This document shows, in pieces, positions 12,698 through 25,899 of a DNA stretch of 64,000 bases. The notes under the pieces were generated by a model. It did not search any database. It was not told the origin of the DNA and saw only the letters and a list, made by a program, of their open reading frames with translations. Location of the stretch: positions 310,006 through 374,005 of the forward strand of contig RHPI01000249.1 in assembly GCA_009103225.1 (NCBI GenBank), given 5' to 3'. A program made the position numbers and the translations under genes. Within the stretch, counting starts at the first letter, position 1. Each line of letters opens with the position of its first letter. This stretch comes from Chlorokybus atmophyticus. Lineage: Eukaryota > Plantae > Mesostigma and Chlorokybus algae.

Positions 12698-13829
12698 GGC
12701 TGCGTCGAGAAATGGGAAGGTTGCTGATGGACCAATAGGACGCTGCCAGCACTGTGGTAGCAGCAGTCTGCAACAGACCAATATGCTGAGAGAGTTGCGT
12801 ACAAACACCGCCTGATATGCACACAAGACACAAATGACCGACTGTGTCGGATAAGTACCTGCAGCTTAGCAACTGCGGCATAACACATCAATTGTTCTGG
12901 AATGTTCAGCAGCTGGAGGCAGGCAGGCAGCTGTTCAGCTGCACTGCCCTTGCTGATAGGTTTGGGTTGCAGCTGCAGCGCACAATGCTCCACGCAAACT
13001 GCCACTTCGTACTTATCAGCAACTTGGAGCAGTTGCCAGAGCTGCGTCTGTGTGCGGGTCGTGGACACCCCTGTGTATAGATTACATGCAGCAGCTGCAA
13101 CCTCTGCAAAGCAACACATGTGTATGTTGGAGTCTGTGCAACAACAGCCATTGATGCAGACTAACTGAACGCGGTGACGCGCATGCAGCATGATGGCATA
13201 GACATGCATTTTCCCAGAGCAGCAGAATTAGAGGCACGTTTGTAGCACGTAGCAGGCTGCACGCCTTGTGCATTGAGCACTTCGTGGGGCTCACCATAAC
13301 TGCACATAGTGACATGCAGCGGTGCTGTCTGTGTTGTGCGCTTTGCGGTCCCTGCCATGCCACCCTCCAACATGCACCGGAAGACAGCAGAATATCGCAG
13401 CTAAAAGTAGGCTACTGACATTTGTCTTGAGGTCAGCTGCGCAGGGCTCTGCAATGAGCACAAGCTAGCCAGTGGTAAGCGCAACACCTGAAACTGCGAT
13501 AGGTACCTGTCGTTCCCTTGTGCATGCAGCCAGATTTGTCAGGGCATAGCGTCCTCACGCTACCATGCATGGCCGATGAACTACGCCCAAACATGACTAC
13601 GGAAGAGACAGACGGAAACAAACGTCAAACCTGAGGTACCAAGACCGCAGCTGGGCGTGACATGGATATGCAGGACGCAGTCCGAGTACAATGGGTCATC
13701 AAAAGCAAAGCCGAATCCAGACTCGTGGTCATAAGGGCATTGGGATGCATCCAGCTTCGTGCAGCTGGGTTGCGTTTTCACACGTATCTGCTCGTCATCA
13801 CGCTCTCCAGCCCTGCCTTGCCTGCGCAT
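12693..13829 (-). pseudogene. LRB-like BTB-BACK pseudogene, copy 2 (5' half, cut by the LINE)
   Basis: MRRQG...ESGFGFAFDDPLYSDCVLHIHV (LRB-type N-terminus), VFRCMLEGGMAGT, LLQVADKYEVAVCVEHC with a frameshift after IYTQG. Homology to the other copies stops abruptly at the LINE tail. Confidence 0.88.
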
Positions 13830-14039
13830 GGTGAAAGGCAAGAGGCTTTGAAGGAGTAAACATGGGCAGAATGAAGACGTTCATGACATGCATGACTCAT
13901 CGGTACTCAACCTTCAACGTCCATGGTGGAGGTTGAGTAAGCTGCGGAGCCAACACTCACGACCTGCTTGAGACATAGTCCCCACATTACAACGCTAGCA
14001 GTGCCAATGAATGGCACATCCCACAGCATGCGGACTGAT

Positions 14040-14450
14040 GATTGCAAGTGCATAAAACAGGCAATCCGTGAGGGCCTTGGAACTTTTGCTCCCGTTATTG
14101 CATGCAGGAAAGCCACTACACTGTTTGGCCGGACTGTGTGACTACGAGGACAAGAGCAACCAAGCGCACAGTGAAACACCGAAACAAGCTGTACTGTTAG
14201 TCACTTTCTGCTGTTGCAGCACTGACGCCTACCTTTGGCAAGCAGAGGCTCCAACGCCGCTGCCATGGCCACGCGTGCGCCACACCAAACTCGCATTGGC
14301 CGATGCAAGGTCCAAGACTGCTCCCGGTTGCTGCTGCCTGTGTGCATCCGGATGTCGACATGCTGTTGTGCATGCTCCTGCGGTGGCGGCATTGTCTGCA
14401 TTGTCGAGGTGCTTGCAGATGTGCATGCGTGCAAATGTGCTCAACGGAGT
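14040..14450 (+). pseudogene. Partial F-box/LRR-like pseudogene fragment (cassette copy C), divergent from BTB copy 2
   Basis: 14212-14310 aligns with 26225-26340. TGG CCA CGC GTG CGC CAC (WPRVRH, 14266) versus TGG CCG CGG TTG CGC CAC (WPRLRH, 26297) shows synonymous changes on the + strand. Confidence 0.5.
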
Positions 14451-14487
14451 CCTGAGTCCCCCTCCCGAGCGCCTCAATTAGGTAAAC

Positions 14488-17400
14488 ATGGAGGACGGCG
14501 GCGACAAGATCTAGAGCGACCAGCAGCAGGACAAGAAGGACCTGGCTGCGGGTGAGGGCAAAGCCTTCGTTGATTGTATTGTAACAAGCTATGTATGCGT
14601 CAATGTCCACAATCTGCTTCTCAGCAGGTGATGTGTGCTCTGCGGAGGCCGCTACCGATGCTTGTGTCAGCGCTCAGACGCCCGCCAGGCCAAAAATGTG
14701 TGCTGGAAGTGCTGTCAAGTGTAAGCAAAATCATCAAGTTGCCAAACAGCAGTGCAGGCTGGTATTACTGTATGCTGTTATACTTGCTCTCGCAACCAGA
14801 ACTTCACATATGGGGTGGTAAGGTCTGCCTCAATCGTATACCACACAGTACACGTAGGCTGAGGTGAACACAACCCGCCTGGTGGTTCTGCTGTGCGTTA
14901 TGCTGGCTACTGGTTATGAGGTCCTTGCCATTATCATGAGCCACAACGCATGGCGCGTGCGGAATGGAAACCTGCCACAGACCGCCGTCATAACAACGGT
15001 TTGATGTGTGCTGCAGCCATTGGCACTATGCATAGTGAACTGTACAGTATAAAGTTAGACAACACGATCAAGAGCACAGCGAACGCCACCAAACACACAG
15101 GTTACTATCATGTTGGCGCACCAGGTCGTTATACTGCTGGTGTTCGTGGCTGCAGGCCTACGCATCCTCCGTCTGATAAGAAGCGAGCGCGCAATTGAAC
15201 AGGTGTGTGAGTGGTTGCGAGTACTTGCAAGTGTGTGTGTGCAAGTGCATGCGTGCGTGCGTGCGTGTATGCACATGTGTGCGTGCGTGTACACGCATGC
15301 ATGTATGCATGCAGATGCTTGTTTGCGTGCACGTGTGCATGCTTACGTATACAATGGAACAACAAGCACCACGTCTCATCTCCCTTTTCCCTCCCGCAGA
15401 TCGTGGCGTTGGCTCGGCTGCTGGCGATGCTTGCGAGCCTCCTGGCGGTAACACTTGCGCTTGCTGCCGGCGCGAACGGATTGCGCGGCCACTCTGCAAC
15501 CGAATCCCGTGTTGGCGAGGTCGCAAGCCCCCTGCCGCTGGCCCTCTTCTACGTGTACTGCTAAGCAAGATAGGCAGGTATGTAGTTGACGTGTTGTTGT
15601 GTGCCTCGTGTCGTTGCAAGCAGTAGTACGTTCGTGCACACAATGTTGTTGATCAGCGAGACCGGTGGACGCGTGTGCGCACACATCAATGCACGCACAC
15701 GCACATGCACAGCCATACGGACACGTGCGCGCACAGGCACATGTGCACTCACAAACACCGAATGGCTCTACGACTTAGCAGTCAGCAAACGAACATATGT
15801 AAGTCATTGAGCAATAAACCAACGACCAACAACCCACGCAACAACTCGTCCTCTTTCCCTCCTCTTCTCCATCAGGTTGGTTCAGTCTTCCTTGCAGAGG
15901 AGGCTACCGTCTGCACCGCCTGTTCGCATGTGCCCCTTCTTATTGCCAATTATGCTATTTGGAACCGTTTACGGTATTGTGCGGGTAGCGCTCGGGTCGG
16001 CCGCAGACGGGGACACCGGTTGCATCCCAGTCGTGTAAGCCCACAACAACTACACCACAGTACTTGATGCAAACCTTGTGGTTGCAAGCATGCATGCACG
16101 TACGCGAGCACACGCACACACACACTCAAAACGTATATGGCGCGTGAACACGCACGCATAGCCATGCATGCGGGCGCGCATGTGCGCACAACACACACAC
16201 GCGCGCACCGTACAGGTACACATGGCTGGCGATGCGTGTGCTGGCGGACAATCGTGGCGACAAGGGCGTTGTTAGCAAGGTGGTTGTGTCGTTCATCCTC
16301 CTGCTTGCCCTCGACTGCGCGGCGTTCTCTTTGGTGCTTTGGAACTCCATCAAGACCCGACGACACCTCCGCAACGTGCCCAACAATCGCATCAAAGCCC
16401 TCGCGTACAGCCTCTTTGCAGTGAGTCATGACCCTTCTCTCACGCGCACACGCGCACACACACACGCGCACAGTACCGCATTCTTGGCATTCTTTACACA
16501 CTCGCGTGCGCGTGCGCACACGCTTTGGTCTAACACAGTCACTAACGACACATAATGAGTGGGGGCTTGTGGGCTTCGATAATGTTGCTGGCGTTGGTTG
16601 CGCTGTTGGCGGTGCCGCTGGACATGTTTCTGGTTCCCCGGACGCACCTGCCGCGCTTCGGCTACTTTAAAGGGCCGCCATACCTCCTGCTCAGGCTGTC
16701 GTTCCTCACCGTCGCCTGGCTGTTCGTCCAGGTGCATGTGTGTCCGACATGCAGGTGCATGTCGGACGCACATGCACACATGCACACGAACATGTGTACG
16801 CACATGCACATGCACGCGCGCACACGCACATCTTACGCACGTTGTGTGTCGAGAACATCAAAAGTTTCACCATGCACTCTGGCATGCAGGTGTTGATACA
16901 CCTGCCTGCCGATGCGTACGGGAGGCCTGTCTGTGGATGGTTCCGGTGTGCAGTACTAAGCAAGGAAATTGCATGCACAACAACTACTGACGACACGACA
17001 CAACACGCCAACATGCCCACATCCTCACAGGTGCAACCCGGACTTCGATTGAGGGTACGATCTGGAGCATACACGCAGATGGTGTCTTGCTCCCTGCAAG
17101 AGACTTGGCCTCCAGAGAACCTGCAGTTCCTTGAGATCTGGTACTTGTAACAACTCATGTCCTTGCAAACACACTGGAACAGGCACACGTACATGCACAC
17201 GGACACGTGCCCACGCGCTCACAAGCACATGCCCAAGCAGGTGCACGCACACACACGCAGAAAGAGAGTTACACGCATCTGACCATGCGTGCTTTCGTGT
17301 CCGGGTGCGTGCGCACACAAGCATGAACACATTTAACCACACATGTATTCACATACTTAGGCGTGTTTCTTACTTCATCTTTGTTGTTGTCTGCAGCGTC

Positions 17401-19026
17401 CTTGCCTTTAACTTCTCGAAGCTGGCATACCACTCCGGCCCTGTCATGCAGAGCCGACTGCTGCAAGGAAACTCTATCGAGAGTGAACCCTACACACTCG
17501 TCGCCGAAGCAGAGGACAGAGCGTCCGACACACTCGCAGTCATTGTCAGATCGGAGAATCAGCCACCCGCACTTACTCAGACTCAAAGTCACACTCACAG
17601 TAAAGAAGCCCACCAAACACACTTAGCACAGCATTACTCCCGTGTAACTTCAAGTTGTCGTGCCAATTGGCATGCATCACAAACAATTGTTGACTTCAAG
17701 CACGAGTTGGCGTCTCGATAGAAGCATCACCACTATGCACAGCGTCGTTATGAGATGCTTTTGTTGTGACGCTGGAGTCTGCTTTGGCAATGCGTCTCCA
17801 CACAACTTGCGCTCAGGTGCTGGAGAGTTGGGGCCGGAGGGTGACGATGCAGGAAGCCATGAAGGTGCACGCGGGGTTCTGCGCGGCTTATGACAGCGTT
17901 GCTGCGCAGGTATTAGAGACTGTTTTTCACTCTTAAGCATAGAATGCTGATGACATGAGAGAGAGGGAGGCGTGTGTTGTTGTGCTCTCACTCTTTCTGC
18001 CCAGGTGTTGAGTGTGGTGGAGAATGAGCGACGCATTACAAGGCTGCCCGTGCTTGTGGCTGGCCACAGGTTGTTGTTGTGGTGGTGGTGGTAGTGGTGG
18101 GACGTTGTCATCTATGTAGCCCACTCTTTTCCTGCCTTTTCCTGCGAAGCCTCGGCGGTGCTCTAGCCATGCTCTGCGCCTAGTACCTGCGCCCACATGC
18201 CGGCGTCCTCGCAGGTACCTGACAGTGGCACAGTCTCTACGCGTCAGTGCAATAAGATGTGAACGGTTAGACCACTTGAGAAGCTTACAACAATCAACAA
18301 CCCAACATACCACTGCTGCGGTGCGTTACAGGAGCTGACCGTGTACACCTTTGGAGCACTGAGAGTGGGCAACGAGACGAGCCAGATCAACACGCTCGTG
18401 TCCAACATTTTCCGCATGGTGCACGTGCGTGACACGGTGAGTCACAAAGACAAGACAACGACCACAAACCAACATGAGTTGTGGGTCAGACTCCCCTCTC
18501 CCAACAGGTGACAAAGGTGCCGATGATGATACTCGGGTTCGCTCACGCGGATAAGGTGGTGCTGCTTAACTCGGACAACAACAGCAAGCTCCAAGGCGGG
18601 TCCAGCCTCCTGCTGGACCCGCCTTGGACCGACCTCGCCATACTTCACACATTTGCGAGCTCATCAACCACTTACTTATCAGGTCAAGCAATCAAGCTTC
18701 GACAATCGTTCATTCAGGCGCCCTACACTTGTGCATGCACGTACAAGCGCTGACGGCGTCAGGCCTTGACGCACACAGTCGCATACATGCACACGCCTGC
18801 AGGCACACATACCGACGCATGCACGCGCAGGCATCAACACGTATGCATGCTCGCACCAGAATATGTTGCGAGCGGTATCGCACATACCTCACATGTAAAC
18901 GACTTCCGTCGCAGGTATCGGCAAGCGCTGGAGCGGTGGTACAACAAAGCTCACGTGAAGGAAGGAGGCGCTTCACCAGCAGCACCTTTCCGGTTTTGGG
19001 CACCACACACCGAAGCCGCTTCATAA
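14488..19026 (+). pseudogene. Multi-pass membrane protein with C-terminal Lipase_3 (class 3 lipase/DAG-lipase-like) domain; disrupted
   Basis: Spliced exons give several hydrophobic helices, then AFNFSKLAY, KVHAGF, VLVAGH-S-LGGALA (Ser codon split by intron 18070-18149), YTFGALRVGN, VHVRDT|VTKVP and LH. In-frame stops at 14512 (TAG), about 15562 (TAA or frameshift) and 18181 (TAG). Confidence 0.85.
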
Positions 19027-20529
19027 AGCCGCGCCGCATGTCAAACTCAATATCACAAGTTCAACCCACGCGGGCGGAACTCATGTCGCGGTTGCTGCCT
19101 CGTCACCGCTATGGTAGCCGACCGTTGCTAGCTTGTAAATCAGAAGTGTGCTTAGTCTGTAACTCCAATATGTGCAGATTGCTGTTGTTGTGATCGCAAA
19201 CATGACTGTGGGAATCTAATGGCGTGCATGCATCATGATGCGTACACGTGTCTGTTGTCCTAGATTATGAAATTATAGGTAAGCTCTTTACGAAGTTAGA
19301 GTATGCAAGCTTGCATGTGGTTTGCACGTTGTGCTACTGCGCTGCAGACTAGCCATGCCCAACCCAGCACTCATCTATTGACTGTCCAGTTCATATTTGA
19401 CATACGCTCTGATCTCCTTCATGTGGAACACCATGGCAATGCTGCACAGTAACATTACGATGACGCAACATCTGCCTAAGATGCGCTTACACGTGCACAA
19501 CGGCGCGCTTGAGCATCTGCATACAAGCTGACACGCACTCGCAAATACAGGCAAGTTGCCTGTATTTACGAGTTAAAACCCGCAAGCGCGCGAAGGCTCA
19601 TGCACTAGCACATAGTGGCACTCGCTTGCTTGCCTATGAGCGATCAGAAACTTGCACGCAGTTGCAATTATCTGCGCATTCATGCAAACCAACTATCGAG
19701 TGACGTTGACAATAAACCATTACACAAACCAGCATGTGCAAGTTAATTAATATGGCTATGCGAGGCTGCGCTCGCACGCACAGTGAGCTCCATCCTCGTG
19801 TTCTTGCCATAACGGTTGGTGGTCACCACCAACGGTGTACACGGTGTTCATTGTCTGACGTTCACGACCACAACCAATTTGCTGTCAGTGAGGCGTCTCC
19901 TCTGAAGCATGTAAATATATTGACAATGTAGCGCTTGCAATGGATACCTGCACTAAAATGTCCAATTATTCAAACATGTGATTATGCATCTATCTACAAC
20001 ACAGTCTCAACTTTTGTACAGACACGCGCGTGCGCGCGTGCGCACGCGTGCATACAAAACCTCAACTTTCTGCAATCCACCGCTTCAACTCCGCTTGTTG
20101 TTGGTGAAGCCGTCCGTGGACATGCAACACGATGCCAATAAACATGGAGACAACATCTGATTGTTCATGTGGAGACAATGTTGTCTCCACGTTCAATGGC
20201 ATCGTGTTGCTTCACGTGAACTTGAGTTGCGCAATGTTAAAGTCGTCTACGGCGAGCATAGTCGCAGGAAAGACTTGCCAGAGAGCGACGACATTAACGA
20301 CCACGACCTTTCTTGCTCTCCAGGAATAAATTAGTACTAGGGCACGTTAAAAAGAGTTGCAACATTGCAATCTCTCACGCGCTGATTCGTGATAGCCATA
20401 TGAAGTTGGAAAAGCATGTTGCCTATCTTCTTATGAAACATGATCTTATAAACTTTATTCTGTTAATGATCTCATCCTCTATCGCCCTTATCAGGACATT
20501 TAGACACAAAAGACCAAAGCAATACGAGC

Positions 20530-20571
20530 TTCATCGCGACGGGTACCCTCCAAGGTACCCGTCGCGATGAA
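20530..20571. repeat. Perfect 18-bp inverted repeat (hairpin) with 6-nt loop
   Basis: TTCATCGCGACGGGTACC-CTCCAA-GGTACCCGTCGCGATGAA. Confidence 0.95.
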
Positions 20572-23469
20572 TATCGCTACTTAAATAACTGCCTCAGCAG
20601 ACGTGACTCTGGTGTTATGATAATTTGTAAGGCACATGAGTGAGGTAAAACTGACGTTGGGTCGGTTGTATATGATAATATAACAATTCTATTTGACAAA
20701 GGGCTTGGGACCATTATTGCATGCGATTGAGGTCGGATAAGTAAAGACATTCTTAATGAGCAATGCTTATGTAAATATATACGTGATAAACAATAATTGC
20801 TATTGAAAAGTTTGTTTGTTTATTTGTTGATCGCCCATGCAAATGCGGCCACTAGCCTAAAACGCGAGTTCCGCCAACTTCCCTAAAACAACATGCGTCA
20901 AATTCACAACATGCAAGGTTGGGTTTTAGCAATATAAGAGCGAAAAATCATGCTGCAATAGCATACACACTACTGTGTTCAATTACATCTACTGTGTACA
21001 GTAATATTAGTAGTAGCAGTAGTGGAGTTCTGTTGTGCGCATCAGAGTGATTTGTGCTACGCACATGGATATGTGAACGTTTTTAAGCAATTCTCATGCA
21101 CTTGCAGATGTGTGGGTAGGTGGTTTGCTTGCACGTCGCGTATATGCCTAGTGTTCCCTCTGTGGAACTTGTTGCGGTTTTCGATGAGTGGCTTTGGCAC
21201 ATACCGGTATGTGACATGTTGATCTCGTCAAGTATCATGCGGCACTGTTCAGTAGACACGGTATGGCGCATACGGTTTCACACATGAGGTATGGCATGAC
21301 ATTTATATATGCACAGTGATGAGGGCGGCGGCGGGGGTGTAAGACGCTGGCGAAGTTAACAAGTCAGCAGCAACTCCAACAAAAGTACTACTACGTACTG
21401 CTAGCCTACTCAGCGTCCTCTCAAACCTCCCTTAACTCGAGGTATCGCCTATATGTGGCAATATTGATGGGAAAGTCTCTACAAGAGCCCGTTTGGTAAT
21501 TTAATTCCATAGGGCAGGGCTAAATGTTGTCAAAAAGCAACACCTCTTCCAAGCCCTTCTCTTTGATTAACGCGCAAGAAATGACATGGTCCAACAACAA
21601 AAACGACCCATAATTTTCCCAGCAGATAAGGCCCTACATGCATAGCATTCAACTATAACATCAACAACACATCACATCATGTGCAGTGTACTTATGGAGG
21701 CTCCCACTCGTCGAATTGATCTTTAACACACTTGACAAAGCGCTTCTTGTCTGAGCATATGTAGTCTCGCCATCATTTGGCTTCGATCTTCCGGTCCCTT
21801 GGTTGCTTGCTTTTCCTTCCTGTAAACCCCTTTTAGGCACGCGTTTGTTTGCAAATCAGCTAAGGCATCAATATTGCAGCGAATATAAATCAACGATATT
21901 TGTTAAGTATGATTGTTGTAACCGGTATTCCGTTGATAAACTTTAAAAACAGAGGGAACGTTTTGCTCAGTTGTGAGCAGGCTTTAGCCTAATTTGAGGT
22001 TTGCTGGCAGTTAAAGAGCTTGATGTCGACGCTGCTTAATGAAACCTTTGCTACGTATGCAAGTGCTTGCGAAGTCAACACAAGAAGATATGGATTACGT
22101 GTTACATTGTGCATACAAGCGTACACAAGTCCAAAGTATGAAGTGTGCATCATGCTGATTGCATTGAGGGTGTCATACCCTTATTTGATAAAGGCGATGC
22201 CATATTGTGACAATGTGTGAGTACCACCATAACTAGCCTACATAACCCATTGGTAAGTGGCGTTGTAAGCTTGCCAGTTTTTTTCAGATTGAAAAGTGAT
22301 TACATCTATGGTTTGCTCTTTTATGAGTATACTAATGTACTCACAGTGTGCGCGTGTGTTAGCAAAGCAATTCAGCAAGCTTTTTATTTTATGGCAATTA
22401 CCCCCCTTGCTCTACTCTTACCAAACACGACCTTAAGAAAGGTTGCACGGTTAGTTTACAAGGTTTGTAAGAGTTTTTGACTAGTATATAATGGCATGGC
22501 GCACGATGGTGTGAAACGTGGCATTGCCTTGAAATGCAGGATACTTGCGTTGCTGTTAAACACGCATAGTGAGTCTGCCCAATGACATGGCATGCAGCAA
22601 TTAGCACGTGGGCATACAGCAGCAAGACACTACGGGCTATCATGTACTATTTGTCTACTCTCACTACACTACCTACTTACATGCTGCCCCATTAAACATG
22701 CATACATACGCAAGTAGTTACCTACGCACAAGGCCGTCATAATCACCTAGGTTGAGCAGCAAGGCAGTGGCAAACCGCGCGACTTGCTTGTATATTCAAG
22801 GAAAATAGAGCATGACTCCCTCCCCTCCTCTCCCCACCTCCCTCTCTTGTGCGCAAATATGCAACGCTAATGCCCGCATGCAATGTGTCACTTGCATGCA
22901 ATGTGTCACTTATTATGTCATGCATCACACCAGCAACAGGCACATGCAATGACACGCCAATACTTCATACCACTGGGGGGCTGCTAAGCTTACCTAACAC
23001 CCTACCCCTAGCCCGTTAGTTCACATAAGCATGCAAGTGGTACAACATAGTACTCAGCTGCCCACACGGGCTCATGCAGCCGAGTTTCTCAAACTTCATA
23101 TAAGTACAGCTATTGTATATTGGCAAGACTCGAGGATTGACTGACTGATGGTCCCTCCCGTGCAACCCAAGTAAAGGCAATGCTTGTATGTGTGTAGTGT
23201 AGCGGAACAGGCATTAGTTAGTGTTAAGCAAACGGCAGCAAGCAAGCAAGATAAAGCAACGACAAAGCAAGGTTAAATGTGCAGAAATATACGAAAAGTA
23301 CATACACAATTCCTTTGCGCATTGTTTGCACAATTCACAACAGCATGTAAGCCCATCCCTTTGCGGCAGTAACAGCAGCTATCAAATATAAAGGGCCAAC
23401 TTGCACGTGGAGCTTTATCCACATGCCGCAACACCACTGGAACCTCCAGCTGGTAGCGTATCGCGCCAG

Positions 23470-25737
23470 CTACTCATCATCAGCATCATGGGTACGGTCG
23501 TCATAATGGTCGTTATGGACCTGAGCTGGCTGCCCGTTAGTGTAGCCTTCTTGATCAGATATGATGGTCAACCCAATGTCTGCTTCAAGCTGGATATGTC
23601 TTGAGGTGTCACTTGGCGACCAATTGTAGATCGTCGCTGCTTTTCGTGGCCTCTCAAAGTGATCAGCTGATGACATTGTACTGTATATCCAAGTCGCGCC
23701 AGTGTTGCAGAATAAACCTGACTGCACCTATTAGTAACCAGCTGCTTGTATGTCTTGACATATCGACCATAGGCGGAGGCCTGACGACAGCCTGTATAAT
23801 AACTTTCCCGCAAGAACCATGCCATTGTTTGATGCTAAGCTTGAAGTTGACAAGGAACCCTGCAAATCAGAACGTGGCGTTAGCTGCTGCAACAAACCAA
23901 ATGCACAATGAACACAATACAGGTGCAATGATTGGTGCTGATAACCACCTTGAATAATGCGTGGCGGCAGCGCATATGATTGCGGTTCAGTCGCAACCCG
24001 GTCCACCTTCCACAAGTAAGGTTCCAGATACAGATGACGTAGTTGGTAACGAGAGTGTCCAACAAGCGCTGGACTCCAGTCGTGCAACTCTCGTTGGATG
24101 TCACGTGGCAGCTCATGGAACTCCAACGCCTCGTGCAGGATATCCCCTGGCTGCGCATGAGGTTGGAGTGCGGAACAACTTGCTGTAGATAAACCTTGGA
24201 CATGAGTGGGAAGCGGATGCTGCTGACTAATGTGGCAAACGCACGCTCAACATCCTCGCATATACTTCCGTCCGAGCTGCAGTTTGCATATCTTAGCCAA
24301 AGAGATGCGAAACAGAACACTGACGCTTCATCTCCTGCCAGTGCTTTGCTCTTCAGCAGCCCTTGCATGACCTGCAGGGTCCATGAACATTGTGCAAGTC
24401 ACATGGCCGCCTTGTGCTAGGCTTCAAAGTTTGCGACCAAGTGTAGTACTGTGGACTGCAGACCTTGCAGTGGTACAAGGCAAGCGCACATTGACTCTGC
24501 TCAACCTGACACATGCACGCATGCACAGACATGCAGTCACCACCATGCTGACATTGCAAACGGTAGCTTAGACCTCACAAGGCCATGTCGAAAAACAGGG
24601 AAGTTGTGGATGGACCGGTAGTACTCTGCTAGCACCTTCACAGCAGCACTCTGCTACAGACCAGCTTGTCGAGAGTTCGCGTACGACCAATAGTTGACAC
24701 GCATTCACAATTGTGACAGTCCTAAGAGGCTGTTTTACGCTTACCTGCAAGTTGACGACTGCAGTATGACACAACAAATGTTCTGGAAGGTCCAGCAGTT
24801 GCAGGCAGGCAGGCAACTGTTCAGCCGCGCTGCCCTTGGCAATTGGTTTCGTTGGTTGCAGCCGCAGCGCGCATTGCTCAACACAGGGATGCACTCCATA
24901 CTTGTCAGCAACTTGAAGCAGCACTTGACAGAGCTCCGTCTCTGTGCGAGCCGTCGGTGTGCACCCTTGCGAGTAGATGAAATGCAGCAGATGCTGAAAT
25001 GGCACTACCTCTGCGGAGCAATCACAGTTTGCATAACTCTGTCTGCTGTGTGCAACAGGTCATGCATGCAGAGTCACCTAAGATGCAATTTCACAGCATG
25101 TAGGCATGCTTATTCTCTCAGTTGGTAGAACCCAGGTTTGCTTCACAGGATGCGGTCCTTGCAGGTGAACAAAGTGTATCTGCAGTCGTAACACTTACCA
25201 TTGTAGTACAGGGACACATGCGTTCGCTGCTGTCCGACTCATGTGCGCTGTCGTCTCCACCATGCCGCTATCAAACATCTTTTGGAAAAACTGGGACCGT
25301 GCAGCCAGAAGTAGGGTGCTGACATGAATCGTGGGGTCGCGTGGACGGGGCGCTGCAACGCATATGCACAGTCAACTCAGATACCAGCAACGCTGGAACA
25401 CTACCCTAGACCATATTATGGCATGCATGCAGCCATATCTGTCAAGGCGTGATTTGATAAGCCACCATGCATGGCCGTACAATCATTATGATACAACACT
25501 AGGCTACAAGCATGGATGTCAATGCAGGCGCAATCTACCTGAAGTTCCAGGGCCACAGCTGGGCGCAATGTGGATTGGCGGGAGGCAGTCAGAGTACAAG
25601 GGATGGTTGTAAGCAATTCAAATCCCTGCTTGTCGTCGTCATCACAGCAATTGAACGCAAACAATTCCGTGCAGCTGCCTGATTTTTTGTCTTCTCTCTG
25701 CTCGTCAGCAAGCTCCGTACTTACCTTGCTTGCACAT
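23470..25737 (-). pseudogene. LRB-like BTB-BACK pseudogene, copy 3 (full length)
   Basis: N-terminal GFE-[1-bp deletion]-AYNHPLYSDC; STLLLAARSQFFQKMFDSGMVET with a +1 frameshift at about 25222; PFQHLLHFIYSQG...VADKYGVHPCVEQC; LLKSKALAGDE...IRFPLMSK; C-terminus RHIQLEAD...DADDE*. Confidence 0.9.
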
Positions 25738-25899
25738 GGCGAAAGGCAAGATCAGCCTTGGGTAGAGTTAACTGCAGCTAGAGTGAAGGCATGTTATGCA
25801 TCAGTCACCCACACAACAAAGGTCATGTATGCGGGCCGACACATGCGCAATCATAACGCCAAACCAGCCTACGACACGTTCAAAAGCACTCAGGCTCAC

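Noticed and set aside
21400-21850. Minus-strand fragments resembling a transposon Ulp1 protease or transposase (DHVISCALI...LLFDN; WRDYICSD...DEWEPP)
   Set aside because: Too short and interrupted by stops to support a call.
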